Shown piece by piece: positions 46,837 through 56,039 of a stretch of 64,000 nt of DNA (positions are counted from its first letter, which is position 1; each line of letters starts with the position of its first letter). Source of the stretch: Thermodesulfobacteriota bacterium (GTDB lineage Bacteria > Desulfobacterota > Desulfobacteria > Desulfobacterales > C00003060); assembly GCA_034189385.1 (NCBI GenBank), contig JAXHVD010000003.1:1-64000 (forward strand), read 5' to 3'. The translations under genes and the position numbers were made by a program. The notes below the pieces were generated by a model, which was given only the letters and a program-made list of their open reading frames with translations, was not told the origin of the DNA and searched no databases.

Positions 46837-48324
46837 CTATGCTTCCGAGGGCAGCGACACGACAAAAGTCGTTCCTTTACCCACCTCGCTCTCCAAGTGG
46901 ACAAAACCATTATGGGCCTCCACGATCCCCTTTACGATGGATAGCCCTAGGCCCGAGCCTGATATGCTCTTAGTTTCCTCAGTCTTGATGCGATAGAATT
47001 TCTCAAAGACCCTGTTCAAGTCCTGCGGTGGAATCCCAATACCAGTATCAACGACTTTAAACCGAATGTCTTTGCCCTTTTTACGAAGGCTCACCTCTAC
47101 CCTGCCCCCTTTCGAGGTATACTTAATAGCATTGCTGATCAAATTGACAAAGATGGCCTGCACGCCCCCCCTGTCTCCGTTAAAGGCTGGGATATCGTCT
47201 GCGACATCGAACGTGATCTCCACACCCTTTTCTTCTGCAGACAGGCGCATCAGGTCCGCTGTCCGCTCCAACTCATCAGCCATATCCAGGTTCTCAATCT
47301 TCTGAATGGATTTGCCTTCTTGAAGGCGACGATAATCCAAGATGTCGTTCACGAGGGTAATCATACCTTTGGTCTTTTCCTTGGCCTTGCTGAGCAAATC
47401 GTCCTGTTTGGGAGTCAAATCTCCGGCCAACCCGTCTAAGACAACAGAAATCTGCATCAACAGAGAACTCAAGGGGGCCTTGAGTTCGTGAGAGACCATG
47501 GAAAGAAAATCGTCCCTCAGTTTATCCATGGCACTCACGCCTGTGACGTCGTGAAACAGACTCATTGCTCCGATAACGGTTCCTGCTGCATTTTTCACAG
47601 GGTCCACGTGAACGCGAAGGGTCTTGTCTCCCACCTTCACCACCGGCTCCTCGCCGGCCATAAGCGTGATAAGGGAAGTGTCCGACTTGATGGCCCGCAC
47701 AAACAGGGACAGCAGTTCGTCTGATGCCAAACAGACAGAAACAGGGCTCCCTATGGCCTTTTCCTCGGTCAACCCAAAAAGACGAGCGGCTTCGTCATTG
47801 AACAGGACGACGTTCGTCTGCCAATCGGTGACGACAAGGCCATCGCTGAAGCTGTGGAGAATGGCCAGGAGGTTTTCGTCATAGCTCACCTTGGTCAGAG
47901 CAGCCTGCCTTTGCCGGGTCAATATCCCCAGTTGGCGTCTCAGCCGAAAGGCCTCAATGGCACGGTTTATCTTTATTTCAAAATGCTCGGGAGTGAAGGT
48001 TTTCCGAAGGCAGTCGTAGGCCCCGGCGTGCATAGCCTCTAGGGCCTCCTCCCCACAGTCTTCGGACATGGCCATAATCAGGAGTTCGGGTCGAGCCCTT
48101 TGGAGCGTCTCAATGAGCGTTATGCCTCCCTCCTTTGGAAGGTCAAGGGAAAGGAGCATAATGTCTACCTCTGCCGGATGCCTCTGAATGATGCCCAGAG
48201 CCTCTTCCACAGATTCAGCCGTCCGAACCCTATGGCCCTCGTTTAAAAGGAGCTCCCGGCATTTCTGCATCATGGCGATATCGTTTTCCGCCACCAATAC
48301 GTTTATGCTTGGCTTGATTAACAT
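46837..48324 (-). CDS. Cytoplasmic histidine kinase: pseudo-receiver, PAS, HisKA, HATPase
   Basis: H-box VSHELKAPL, NLISNAIKY, DTGIGI, GSGLGL; PAS DGLVVTD..FNDEAARLFG; no TM segment. Confidence 0.95.
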   Translation of the reverse strand: MLIKPSINVLVAENDIAMMQKCRELLLNEGHRVRTAESVEEALGIIQRHPAEVDIMLLSLDLPKEGGITLIETLQRARPELLIMAMSEDCGEEALEAMHAGAYDCLRKTFTPEHFEIKINRAIEAFRLRRQLGILTRQRQAALTKVSYDENLLAILHSFSDGLVVTDWQTNVVLFNDEAARLFGLTEEKAIGSPVSVCLASDELLSLFVRAIKSDTSLITLMAGEEPVVKVGDKTLRVHVDPVKNAAGTVIGAMSLFHDVTGVSAMDKLRDDFLSMVSHELKAPLSSLLMQISVVLDGLAGDLTPKQDDLLSKAKEKTKGMITLVNDILDYRRLQEGKSIQKIENLDMADELERTADLMRLSAEEKGVEITFDVADDIPAFNGDRGGVQAIFVNLISNAIKYTSKGGRVEVSLRKKGKDIRFKVVDTGIGIPPQDLNRVFEKFYRIKTEETKSISGSGLGLSIVKGIVEAHNGFVHLESEVGKGTTFVVSLPSEA

Positions 48325-48337
48325 AGACTCACAAATC

Positions 48338-48715
48338 CTAGCTTAAGAGGGCCTCCACGCGTTTCACCAGCTCTTCAGATTCAACTGGCTTGGCAATATA
48401 GTCCTCAGCCTCCGTCATGAGACCCATATGCTGTGTATAGGCTGTTCTAAAGATGGCCTGGTCCACGGCAGTGAGAAGAACCACGGGGATCTCTTTAAGT
48501 TCCGGATCTGCTTTTAGGACGACACACACATCGTATCCGTTCATCTCAGGCATCATGACGTCCAGGATGACTAGGTCAGGTTTTTCCGCCCGCACTTTCT
48601 CTAGCCCCTCCTTTCCATCATGAGCCAGAATAACCTCGTAGGACTTGCTTTCCAAAAGGAGCGCTGTGGCCTCACAAAAATCCATGTCATCGTCTACTAA
48701 CAAGACCTTCTTCAT
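48338..48715 (-). CDS. Single-domain response regulator
   Basis: LLVDDD, VILDVMMP, LLTA, YIAKP. Confidence 0.95.
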   Translation of the reverse strand: MKKVLLVDDDMDFCEATALLLESKSYEVILAHDGKEGLEKVRAEKPDLVILDVMMPEMNGYDVCVVLKADPELKEIPVVLLTAVDQAIFRTAYTQHMGLMTEAEDYIAKPVESEELVKRVEALLS

Positions 48716-48735
48716 GGCTACCTCTGTGTTTTGTC

Positions 48736-49143
48736 TTACTCTTTTGAAATTCTTTGAATGATTTTTCCGACCCTGTCGAGTAACACGCTGCTTTCCACGG
48801 GTTTTTCCACATAATCGTCAATGTCCAGGCGCACTCCAGTCTCCAATTCGTAGCGGCGCTGGCTGACCCCTTCTTGTACTGAGCTGAGGATGATGATCGG
48901 CATGGAGGCATACTTTGCATACCTGGGGTCCTTTAAGGCCTTGCAGACCTCGAAACCATCCATGTTGGGCATCAAGAGATCCAGAAGGAGCAAATCAAAG
49001 GGCTCCTCTTTCAGCTTTGACAGACATTGCTCCCCGTCTTCGGCCAGGACCACAGCGTATCCTGCAGACTCCAATATCATCTGCAAAGTCTCCCGCATGT
49101 CAGGGTCATCGTCCACAACCAAAATCTTAGTACTTGTTCCCAT
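48736..49143 (-). CDS. Single-domain response regulator
   Basis: LVVDDD, LLLDLLMP, ILSS, YVEKP. Confidence 0.95.
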   Translation of the reverse strand: MGTSTKILVVDDDPDMRETLQMILESAGYAVVLAEDGEQCLSKLKEEPFDLLLLDLLMPNMDGFEVCKALKDPRYAKYASMPIIILSSVQEGVSQRRYELETGVRLDIDDYVEKPVESSVLLDRVGKIIQRISKE

Positions 49144-49212
49144 GTCATCCCCCCCTAGTTGCCTGGCCATGGGTCATCTGTTATCCCTTCTGAGCAACCC
49201 CAAAGTGAGACT

Positions 49213-50130
49213 CTAGACGATCGGCCTGGGCATCAAGCCGGCTTCCTCCACAATTCGCGGTACAATGTCTTCCCAGGCTACGGCCATGATGTGCACACCG
49301 TGGATCCCGTCAACCTCCTTGAGCTGCTCAATGGTCTCAAGGCAGATCCGCACCCCTTCTTCCTTGGGATCCTTGGCATCGCCCATCCGATCAACGATCG
49401 CCTTTGGCACGCTAAGGCCAGACACGTTGTTTCGCATGTAGCGCGCCATGCCAACGGACTTAATCGGTATGAGCCCGGCAAGTATGTGGGTTTTTTCATC
49501 CAGGCCCCTGTCTTTAACCATCGTCATCCACTCAACGAATTTGGCCATGTCAAATATGCCCTGGGTTTGGATGAAGTCTGCGCCGGCCTTCACCTTTTTG
49601 GCCAAACGGGTGACGCGAAATACAAAGGGATCGGCAAAAGGATTGGCTGCTGCACCAATAAAGAAGGGGGTGTCTCCTGAAAATTCTTCACCGTTGATGA
49701 ATTGGTGTTCATCCCGCATGTTTTTGACCATCTGAAGGAACTGTATGGAATCGATGTCATATACCCCCTTGGCCGTGGGGTGATTGCCGAAACGCTGATG
49801 ATCGCCGGAAAGGCAAAGGACATTTCGAATACCCAGGGCCGCCGCCCCTATGAGATCACCCTGCAGGGCGAGACGATTCCGGTCTCTGACAACCATCTGC
49901 AGGACCGGCTCCACGCCCACTTCTTTTAACAGCACACAGCCGCTCATGCTGGACATGCGCACAATCGCGGTCTGGTTGTCTGTCACATTCAAGGCGTCAC
50001 AGCAAAACTTGAGAAGGTCGCCCTTTCTCCTAATGACGGTGGGGGCCGGTCCCTTTGGAGGCCCACACTCGGCCGTGACAGCGAATTGCCCGCTTTCCAA
50101 TATCCTTTCCAGATTGCTTCCTGCCTTCAT
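49213..50130 (-). CDS. metF: Methylenetetrahydrofolate reductase (copy 1)
   Basis: TAECGPPKG, VRDRNRLALQ, LSGDH, IQTQ, GVHIMA. Confidence 0.95.
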   Translation of the reverse strand: MKAGSNLERILESGQFAVTAECGPPKGPAPTVIRRKGDLLKFCCDALNVTDNQTAIVRMSSMSGCVLLKEVGVEPVLQMVVRDRNRLALQGDLIGAAALGIRNVLCLSGDHQRFGNHPTAKGVYDIDSIQFLQMVKNMRDEHQFINGEEFSGDTPFFIGAAANPFADPFVFRVTRLAKKVKAGADFIQTQGIFDMAKFVEWMTMVKDRGLDEKTHILAGLIPIKSVGMARYMRNNVSGLSVPKAIVDRMGDAKDPKEEGVRICLETIEQLKEVDGIHGVHIMAVAWEDIVPRIVEEAGLMPRPIV

Positions 50131-50795
50131 GACTCAAGATCCTCCCTGACCATCTTTCTGGGGCCGCCGTGTCCGGCCGGTGACCAGTCCTTGACGGGAA
50201 AGATCTCCTCTAGCATCTCCAGCCGATTCAGCTTGGTGAGGCGGTCTATGATGAGTTGCCATACACAATCTACCTCTTTGCTGATTTCACATTTTCCATC
50301 CACCGAACCGCCGCAGGGGCCATTTAAGAGTTGCTTGGAGCACCTGGCAATGGGACAAAGCCCGGCCGTCTTGTCCAGGATGCAGTTTCCGCAGCCAGCG
50401 CAGCGCTCTGACCAGACCCCCAGTCTTTCAGTCACCCCCAAAAAGGTCGTGTTGCAGCCAGGCAGGATGACCTTGTCTGGAAATCGCTCAGCCAAAAGTT
50501 GAACCCCTGCTCCGCAGGCCAAAGAGAGAACGGCATCGCATTGGGCCACCTCTTTTTCGGTCATATCAATGAATTCAGGCTCGCACTGCCTGGCAACAGC
50601 GTCATATAAGACCTCACTCTTGTCGCCCGACATCTTCCTGGCCACACGAATGGCAGCAGCCAGGACTTCGGCCTCTTTCTTGCCACCTGCCAACGACATG
50701 GCGGCACAGGTCTCACATCCCAGCACCAGCAGGCGTCCGCACCCCTTGGTCATCTTTTCAATCTCTTCAAATGGCTTCTGCTCTAAAGTAATCAC
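50127..50795 (-). CDS. metV: Methylene-THF reductase Zn/Fe-S partner subunit (copy 1)
   Basis: GCETC, RQC, LACGAGVQ, CAGCGNC, CPIARCSKQLLNGPCGG; GTG start. Confidence 0.93.
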   Translation of the reverse strand: MITLEQKPFEEIEKMTKGCGRLLVLGCETCAAMSLAGGKKEAEVLAAAIRVARKMSGDKSEVLYDAVARQCEPEFIDMTEKEVAQCDAVLSLACGAGVQLLAERFPDKVILPGCNTTFLGVTERLGVWSERCAGCGNCILDKTAGLCPIARCSKQLLNGPCGGSVDGKCEISKEVDCVWQLIIDRLTKLNRLEMLEEIFPVKDWSPAGHGGPRKMVREDLES

Positions 50796-50797
50796 GG

Positions 50798-52876
50798 TTA
50801 TCCTCTTTTTACTCCCATCGGATTTGGCGCCATCTCTTTGACTCGTTCTTCCAGATCCTCAATGAATGCCTTGTCTACAAGGCCCTGCTTCGGCATATGG
50901 CAAAGGGCAAGACGCTCTCCGTCCAGACCCAGAGCGTTCAAAAGAGTTTTGGTACGGGCCATCCGTTGTTTCACTGCCTCCCGTGTCTCGGGAAAGGGGT
51001 CTTTTTCCACTGGGCACCCTGCAAGGAACACCACTTGAGCGCCCCACTCAAAGGCCTTTAAGATGTCTACTGTATCGATTCTTCTCAGCCCGAAGACCAT
51101 GACAGGCAAGATGTTGGGATGCTCCTGTCGAAGTCTTTCCTTGTCGCTGGGGCCGAAATCCCCGTGGAGATCAAAAAAGCCCACCATCAGAGGATCTGGA
51201 TGGGCCGATCTGCTCATGGCCGCCGTCATCTCCCTGTCAATGTCCCCTCGGGGATGGAGATCTATGTCAATGGCCTGGACAGGACATTCCAGGGCGCACA
51301 TGCCGCAAGCCTGACACTCAAAAGGATCGATGGTGATCTCTCCCATTTTACTTGCCCTTGGGATCTGGAGCGGACAGACCCTCAGGCAGGTGAGGCAGGA
51401 CACGCACTTGTCTTTGTCGATCTTTGCGCCGAGAAAACAATGGAGGCACCTCAAAGCCTCTGAGATGGCCCGATCCTCCGTCAAAACGGCTTCTACTTCC
51501 TCAAACCCCTTTAACCTGCGGTCCATGGGCAGACAGATCTTTTTAGCCCGTTCAAATTTTCTGGTCTTTTCGATAATGGCAGAAGAAAGCCTTTCTCTTT
51601 CATCGGATCGGGCCGGCCCAGGGACAGGGTGCCATTTCTTTTTCAAGTAAAGATCTATGGCACAAGCCCTTTCCTTGCCTGCCGCAATGGCCTGTATCAC
51701 CGTGGCTGGGCCGGTGACGGCATCTCCTCCTGCAAACACGCCTGGACAGACCGTGGCACCAGCTTCGTTGACGACGATCCGATGGCTTCTTTGGTCCAGC
51801 TCCAGTTCTTGAGCAAAGAAAGACGACTCCGGGGCTTGGCCGATGGCCGCAATGACCATGTCCACATCAAGGACAAACTCAGAGCCTGCCATAGGATCAG
51901 GGCTTCTTCGGCCGTTGGCATCAGGCTGCCCCAACCGATTCTCCATGCATCTCAGAGCCGTGACCTTTCCGTCCTCTCCCAGGACCTCAACGGGCGACGT
52001 AAGAACGGACAAATGAACGCCTTCGGCCACGGCTTCTTCGATCTCTTCTGGCGCTGCTGGCATTTCGTCTCTTGACCTCCGGTACAAGATGCGCACGGCG
52101 TCAGCCCCCCATCGGAGGGCCGAGCGGGCCGAGTCCACGGCCGTGTTTCCTCCGCCTATGACGGCCACCTGTCGGCCCACCTTCGGGTTTTGCCCACTGT
52201 TGGATCTTTGAAGGAAGGAGATGGCAGAAACGACCCCCTCAAAGGCGTCGGCACCGGCAATGTCCAGCTTCCGCTCCTGGTGGGCACCAACAGCCACAAA
52301 CACGGCCCCATATTGCTGGTCGAAAAGATCCTTAAGCTTCATGGCTTCCCCGATCCGGACTCCTGTCTTCATGACTACGCCCAAATCGCAAATAGCTTCT
52401 ATCTCTTCGTCGACCACGTCCTTGGGCAGACGATATGCCGGCACCCCGAGCCGCAGCATCCCGCCCAGAACGGGCAATGCCTCAAAGACCGTGACATGGT
52501 GGCCAAGGAGGGCCAAATCATGAGCCGCAGCAAGGCCTGCCGGCCCCGAGCCGATGACGGCCACCTTGTGCCCCGTCGGTTCGGCAGGCTGAAGAGCCTT
52601 ACACCGGCCCCTCCAAGGGCCGTCAGAGGCAAATCGCTTCAAAGCAGCGATGGCGATCGGTTCATCCACTTGTCCCCGTTTGCAGGCCCCTTCACAGGGA
52701 TGGGTGCAGATGCGTCCGCACACCCGAGGGAGCGGATTGAGCCCGCGGATGGCGGCATAGGCCTTTTCGAACTTTCTCTCGGCGATGAGCTGGATGTACT
52801 CCCGCCCGTCGGTCAGTATGGGACAGGCCATCGTACATGGCGGCCTGTCATGGTCTGGGCTCGTCATGTCATTCAT
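50798..52876 (-). CDS. GltD/NfnB-like FAD/NAD(P)H oxidoreductase fused to a 2x[4Fe-4S] ferredoxin and a degenerate MvhD-like domain
   Basis: PCTMACP, CGRICTHPCE, GSGPAG, GGGNTAVD..YRRS, RCLHC, CVSCLTC, CQACGMC; tail RIDTVDILKAFEWGAQVVFLAGC. Confidence 0.88.
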   Translation of the reverse strand: MNDMTSPDHDRPPCTMACPILTDGREYIQLIAERKFEKAYAAIRGLNPLPRVCGRICTHPCEGACKRGQVDEPIAIAALKRFASDGPWRGRCKALQPAEPTGHKVAVIGSGPAGLAAAHDLALLGHHVTVFEALPVLGGMLRLGVPAYRLPKDVVDEEIEAICDLGVVMKTGVRIGEAMKLKDLFDQQYGAVFVAVGAHQERKLDIAGADAFEGVVSAISFLQRSNSGQNPKVGRQVAVIGGGNTAVDSARSALRWGADAVRILYRRSRDEMPAAPEEIEEAVAEGVHLSVLTSPVEVLGEDGKVTALRCMENRLGQPDANGRRSPDPMAGSEFVLDVDMVIAAIGQAPESSFFAQELELDQRSHRIVVNEAGATVCPGVFAGGDAVTGPATVIQAIAAGKERACAIDLYLKKKWHPVPGPARSDERERLSSAIIEKTRKFERAKKICLPMDRRLKGFEEVEAVLTEDRAISEALRCLHCFLGAKIDKDKCVSCLTCLRVCPLQIPRASKMGEITIDPFECQACGMCALECPVQAIDIDLHPRGDIDREMTAAMSRSAHPDPLMVGFFDLHGDFGPSDKERLRQEHPNILPVMVFGLRRIDTVDILKAFEWGAQVVFLAGCPVEKDPFPETREAVKQRMARTKTLLNALGLDGERLALCHMPKQGLVDKAFIEDLEERVKEMAPNPMGVKRG

Positions 52877-52941
52877 GAAGCACTCTACTCACTTCGGCTG
52901 CTTTCGGTGTCCGTACCACGCCAGTCTCCAGGCCATGGCCA

Positions 52942-54894
52942 TTACAGCTCGCGCCGCATGGCCATATCATAGAGGACCCTTTCCTTTTCTTCCTGAATCC
53001 CCAGGGCCTCTCGCCTTTGGTCAATGGCCCGGATCATCTTCTGGGCCATCTCCACGGCGTGGGCCTCAACGTCCCAACGCCCGCCGTACTCTTGTTCAAT
53101 CTCTTTGAAGAGGTAATCGGTCACCACTTTGCTCCCCGTGGTTGGAAAGGTCCTGCCAAACAAGACATAGGCGCCACTGCCGACGAAATACTGACCAATG
53201 GCCACGGCCTTTTCGCTCATCCATTCTGGGGCACAACCGGCTGCCGGTATCTGGCTGATATCGTCGCCCAGTCCGCCTTCCTTACAGATCTGTGTGGCCG
53301 CGATCAGGATGCGGCTATTGTCCACGCAGGACCCCATGTGCAAGACAGGCGGTATGCCGACGGTCTCGCAGACCTCTCTAAGACCGGTTCCTGCATCGGC
53401 GGCTGCCTCAGGCGTCAGGAGCCCTTCCCTGCCACAGGCAGTGGCCACGCAGCCAGTGACCAGCACGAGGACATTGTTGGCAATCAGTTCCTTGACCACC
53501 GTGGTATTCTCACGTCCGGACTGCGTGCGGCAACTGTCGCATCCCACGACGGCGCCAATGCCTCGGATGCGGCCATTGATGATATTGTCGTTTAGGGCAC
53601 GATAAGAACCCCGGAAGGCGCCTCCCAGCATGTGCGTGATCGTCTCATGACTGAAACCGGCTACGACATCCATGCTGCTCTCAGGAATGCGAACCTTCTG
53701 CCTCTGCTGAAACCGCCCCACAGCCCGCAAGATGACGTCCTTTGCAATGTCAAGGGCACGGTGATGATCAAACTCAATGTGGGTCGCGCCTTCAATCCGT
53801 GCCCGTGGCGAAGTGGTAATGAGTTCCGTATGGAAAGACTTTGCCACCGCTGCACAGCCCTGCATAACGCACTGCACATCCACCACCATGGCCTCCACGG
53901 CCCCAGTGGCAAGGACAATTTCTTGTTGGGTGAAGCTTCCTGCAATGGGAACCCCGCGCCGCATCAGGATCTCGTTTCCTGAACAGCACACACCGGCCAG
54001 GTTAATTCCCTTTGCCCCCACTGCTTCTGCTGCCGCCACAACCTCAGGATCCTGAGACACGATGGCCATGGCCTCCGGGACCTGCGGTTCATGACCATGG
54101 ATAACAATGTTCACATGGTCTTCAGAAAGGGCACCAAGATTGACCGTGGTGCGAAGGGGCACGGGCGTACCGAACATGATGTCCTGCAACTCCGTGGCGA
54201 TCATGGAGGCCCCCCAGCCATCGGCCAGAGAACAACGGGTTGCCTGGAAGATCAGACTCCTATAATCCTGATCGGTCCCCATGTGGGTTCGATGCATGAT
54301 TTCCGTCACTTCCCGATCAACGCCTCTGGGCACGACGCCCATCTTCTTCCACAGGGCCTGGCGCTTGTCCGTTGCCCGAGAGGTCATGACCAAGGCACCT
54401 TCCTGCTGGCCGAATTCAGCAAGGGTTTTTTCTCCCAGCTCGATGGCAATGTCTTCCTTGCTGCGTCCTTCTGTTTTGATCTTGTACAGGTCTGCCATGA
54501 AATGGAGTTTTTTTTCGTCCTTGATCTCAAAGGGCGCCTCCCCTTTGGCAGTAGCTAGAAAGGTGAGGGCTGTTTCCCGGCCGTGGTCCATGTGGGCCGC
54601 GGAGCCCGAAGCCACCATGCGTACAAAATTGCGTGTTACCACTGTGGCGGCGTTTGCCCCACAAATCCCGAGGGACGCAGGATCATCTTCGATGATCATG
54701 CAGGGACCAAAAGAGCAGTTTCGACAGCAGGTGCCGCCCATGCCGAAGAGGCAAGGCTCAATGGCACGGTCTTCCATGCGCTGGACGTAGGTCTTTACGC
54801 CTTCCTTGCCACATTCTTCAACAATACACATGCTGGCGTCACAACTGAGGCCCTCGCACCTGTGCTGTGTCAAGGGAATAATCTTTCTGGTCAT
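52942..54894 (-). CDS. cooS: Anaerobic [NiFe] carbon monoxide dehydrogenase catalytic subunit
   Basis: CLFGMGGTCCRNCSFGPC, HGHEP, CCSGNE, VDVQC, VGC, TGC, GSCVDNSR, SEKA. Confidence 0.97.
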   Translation of the reverse strand: MTRKIIPLTQHRCEGLSCDASMCIVEECGKEGVKTYVQRMEDRAIEPCLFGMGGTCCRNCSFGPCMIIEDDPASLGICGANAATVVTRNFVRMVASGSAAHMDHGRETALTFLATAKGEAPFEIKDEKKLHFMADLYKIKTEGRSKEDIAIELGEKTLAEFGQQEGALVMTSRATDKRQALWKKMGVVPRGVDREVTEIMHRTHMGTDQDYRSLIFQATRCSLADGWGASMIATELQDIMFGTPVPLRTTVNLGALSEDHVNIVIHGHEPQVPEAMAIVSQDPEVVAAAEAVGAKGINLAGVCCSGNEILMRRGVPIAGSFTQQEIVLATGAVEAMVVDVQCVMQGCAAVAKSFHTELITTSPRARIEGATHIEFDHHRALDIAKDVILRAVGRFQQRQKVRIPESSMDVVAGFSHETITHMLGGAFRGSYRALNDNIINGRIRGIGAVVGCDSCRTQSGRENTTVVKELIANNVLVLVTGCVATACGREGLLTPEAAADAGTGLREVCETVGIPPVLHMGSCVDNSRILIAATQICKEGGLGDDISQIPAAGCAPEWMSEKAVAIGQYFVGSGAYVLFGRTFPTTGSKVVTDYLFKEIEQEYGGRWDVEAHAVEMAQKMIRAIDQRREALGIQEEKERVLYDMAMRREL

Positions 54895-55026
54895 TTCTCC
54901 GCCTCCTTGGTGGAGTGGCTGTCTGGTGTCTGTTCTTGGTTACCCGTGGCCGCATGCTGGCCGCCGCCGTGTGCCTCTGGCTCATACCGACCATGGGGCG
55001 CTCAGATTTCAGTGGCCCCCATGCCT

Positions 55027-55911
55027 TCATGGCTCCGTCATGGCCTTGGCTGCCACCACCGTGTTCTTCATGAGCATGGTGATGGTCATGGGGCCCACGC
55101 CGCCAGGCACAGGCGTAATGGCCGCTGCCTTTTCCTGGACCCCATCAAAATCCACGTCGCCCGCCAAAATGGCCTTGCCTTCCGGGGTCTTGCCCATACG
55201 ATTCACCCCCACGTCAATGACGACAACCCCTTCTTTCACCATGTCAGCAGTAATGGTCTTGGGATGCCCTACGGCCACGATCAGGATATCTGCCATCTTG
55301 GTAAAGGTAGCCAAGTCTGCCGTTTTTGAATGGCATATGGTGACTGTGGCATTGCCCCCTGGAGGGGCCTGCAGCATCAGATTCGCCATGGGTTTTCCCA
55401 CGATATTGCTTCTTCCCACGACCACCACGTGCTTGCCCTGGGTAGTGACATCTGAACGTCTCAGCAATTCCACAATGCCGTGGGGAGTGCACGGGAGAAA
55501 AGTCGCTGCCCCAATCATGAGTTTTCCCACATTTACGGGATGGAAACAGTCCACATCCTTGTCAGGGTTGATGGCGTAGATGACACGCTCGGCATCGATG
55601 TGCTTGGGAAGTGGCAGTTGAACCAGAATGCCATGGAGCTTGGCATCATCATTGAACTTGTCGACGAAGTCCAGCAGATCGGCTTCTGAGATGTCAGCGG
55701 GAAGATCGGTCCTTTCAGAATAGATGCCTAGGCTGTTGCAGGCCTTTTCCTTTTGTCCAACATAGACCTTTGAACCGGGATCGTCACCCACTAAAATGGT
55801 GGCGAGCCCCGGTGTGACGCCATGCTTCTTTTTGAGTTCCGTGATCTCTCTAGTAATCTCTTCACGGATCTGTTTTGAAATCTCCCCCCCTTTGATAAGT
55901 CTTGCTGCCAT
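55027..55911 (-). CDS. folD: Methylene-THF dehydrogenase/methenyl-THF cyclohydrolase
   Basis: GILVQLPLP, KDVD, PCTPHG, GRSNIVGKP, TPVPGGVGPMT; start taken at MAARLIKG. Confidence 0.97.
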   Translation of the reverse strand: MAARLIKGGEISKQIREEITREITELKKKHGVTPGLATILVGDDPGSKVYVGQKEKACNSLGIYSERTDLPADISEADLLDFVDKFNDDAKLHGILVQLPLPKHIDAERVIYAINPDKDVDCFHPVNVGKLMIGAATFLPCTPHGIVELLRRSDVTTQGKHVVVVGRSNIVGKPMANLMLQAPPGGNATVTICHSKTADLATFTKMADILIVAVGHPKTITADMVKEGVVVIDVGVNRMGKTPEGKAILAGDVDFDGVQEKAAAITPVPGGVGPMTITMLMKNTVVAAKAMTEP

Positions 55912-55925
55912 GATAGCCCCCTTCC

Positions 55926-56039
55926 GATTGACGATTGAATATGGAATACTGAAGATTGACGAATGTCCATCGAGCCATGACGATTGCAGCAAACAGCAAG
56001 CCGTTTCTTGCCCAATTCTCAATCGACAATGATCAATTC
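55926..56039. repeat. Inverted heptamer array between hdrA and folD
   Basis: GATTGAC-GATTGAA-TATGGAA-TACTGAA-GATTGAC ... AATTCTC-AATCGAC-AATGATC-AATTC; the hdrA stop codon lies within it. Confidence 0.65.

Noticed and set aside
55912..56022. N-terminal extension of FolD in the ORF track (likewise for ArgJ, TatA and the FBPase homolog)
   Set aside because: The extensions run through repeats or neighbouring genes; downstream starts have SD-like sequences and match family N-termini.
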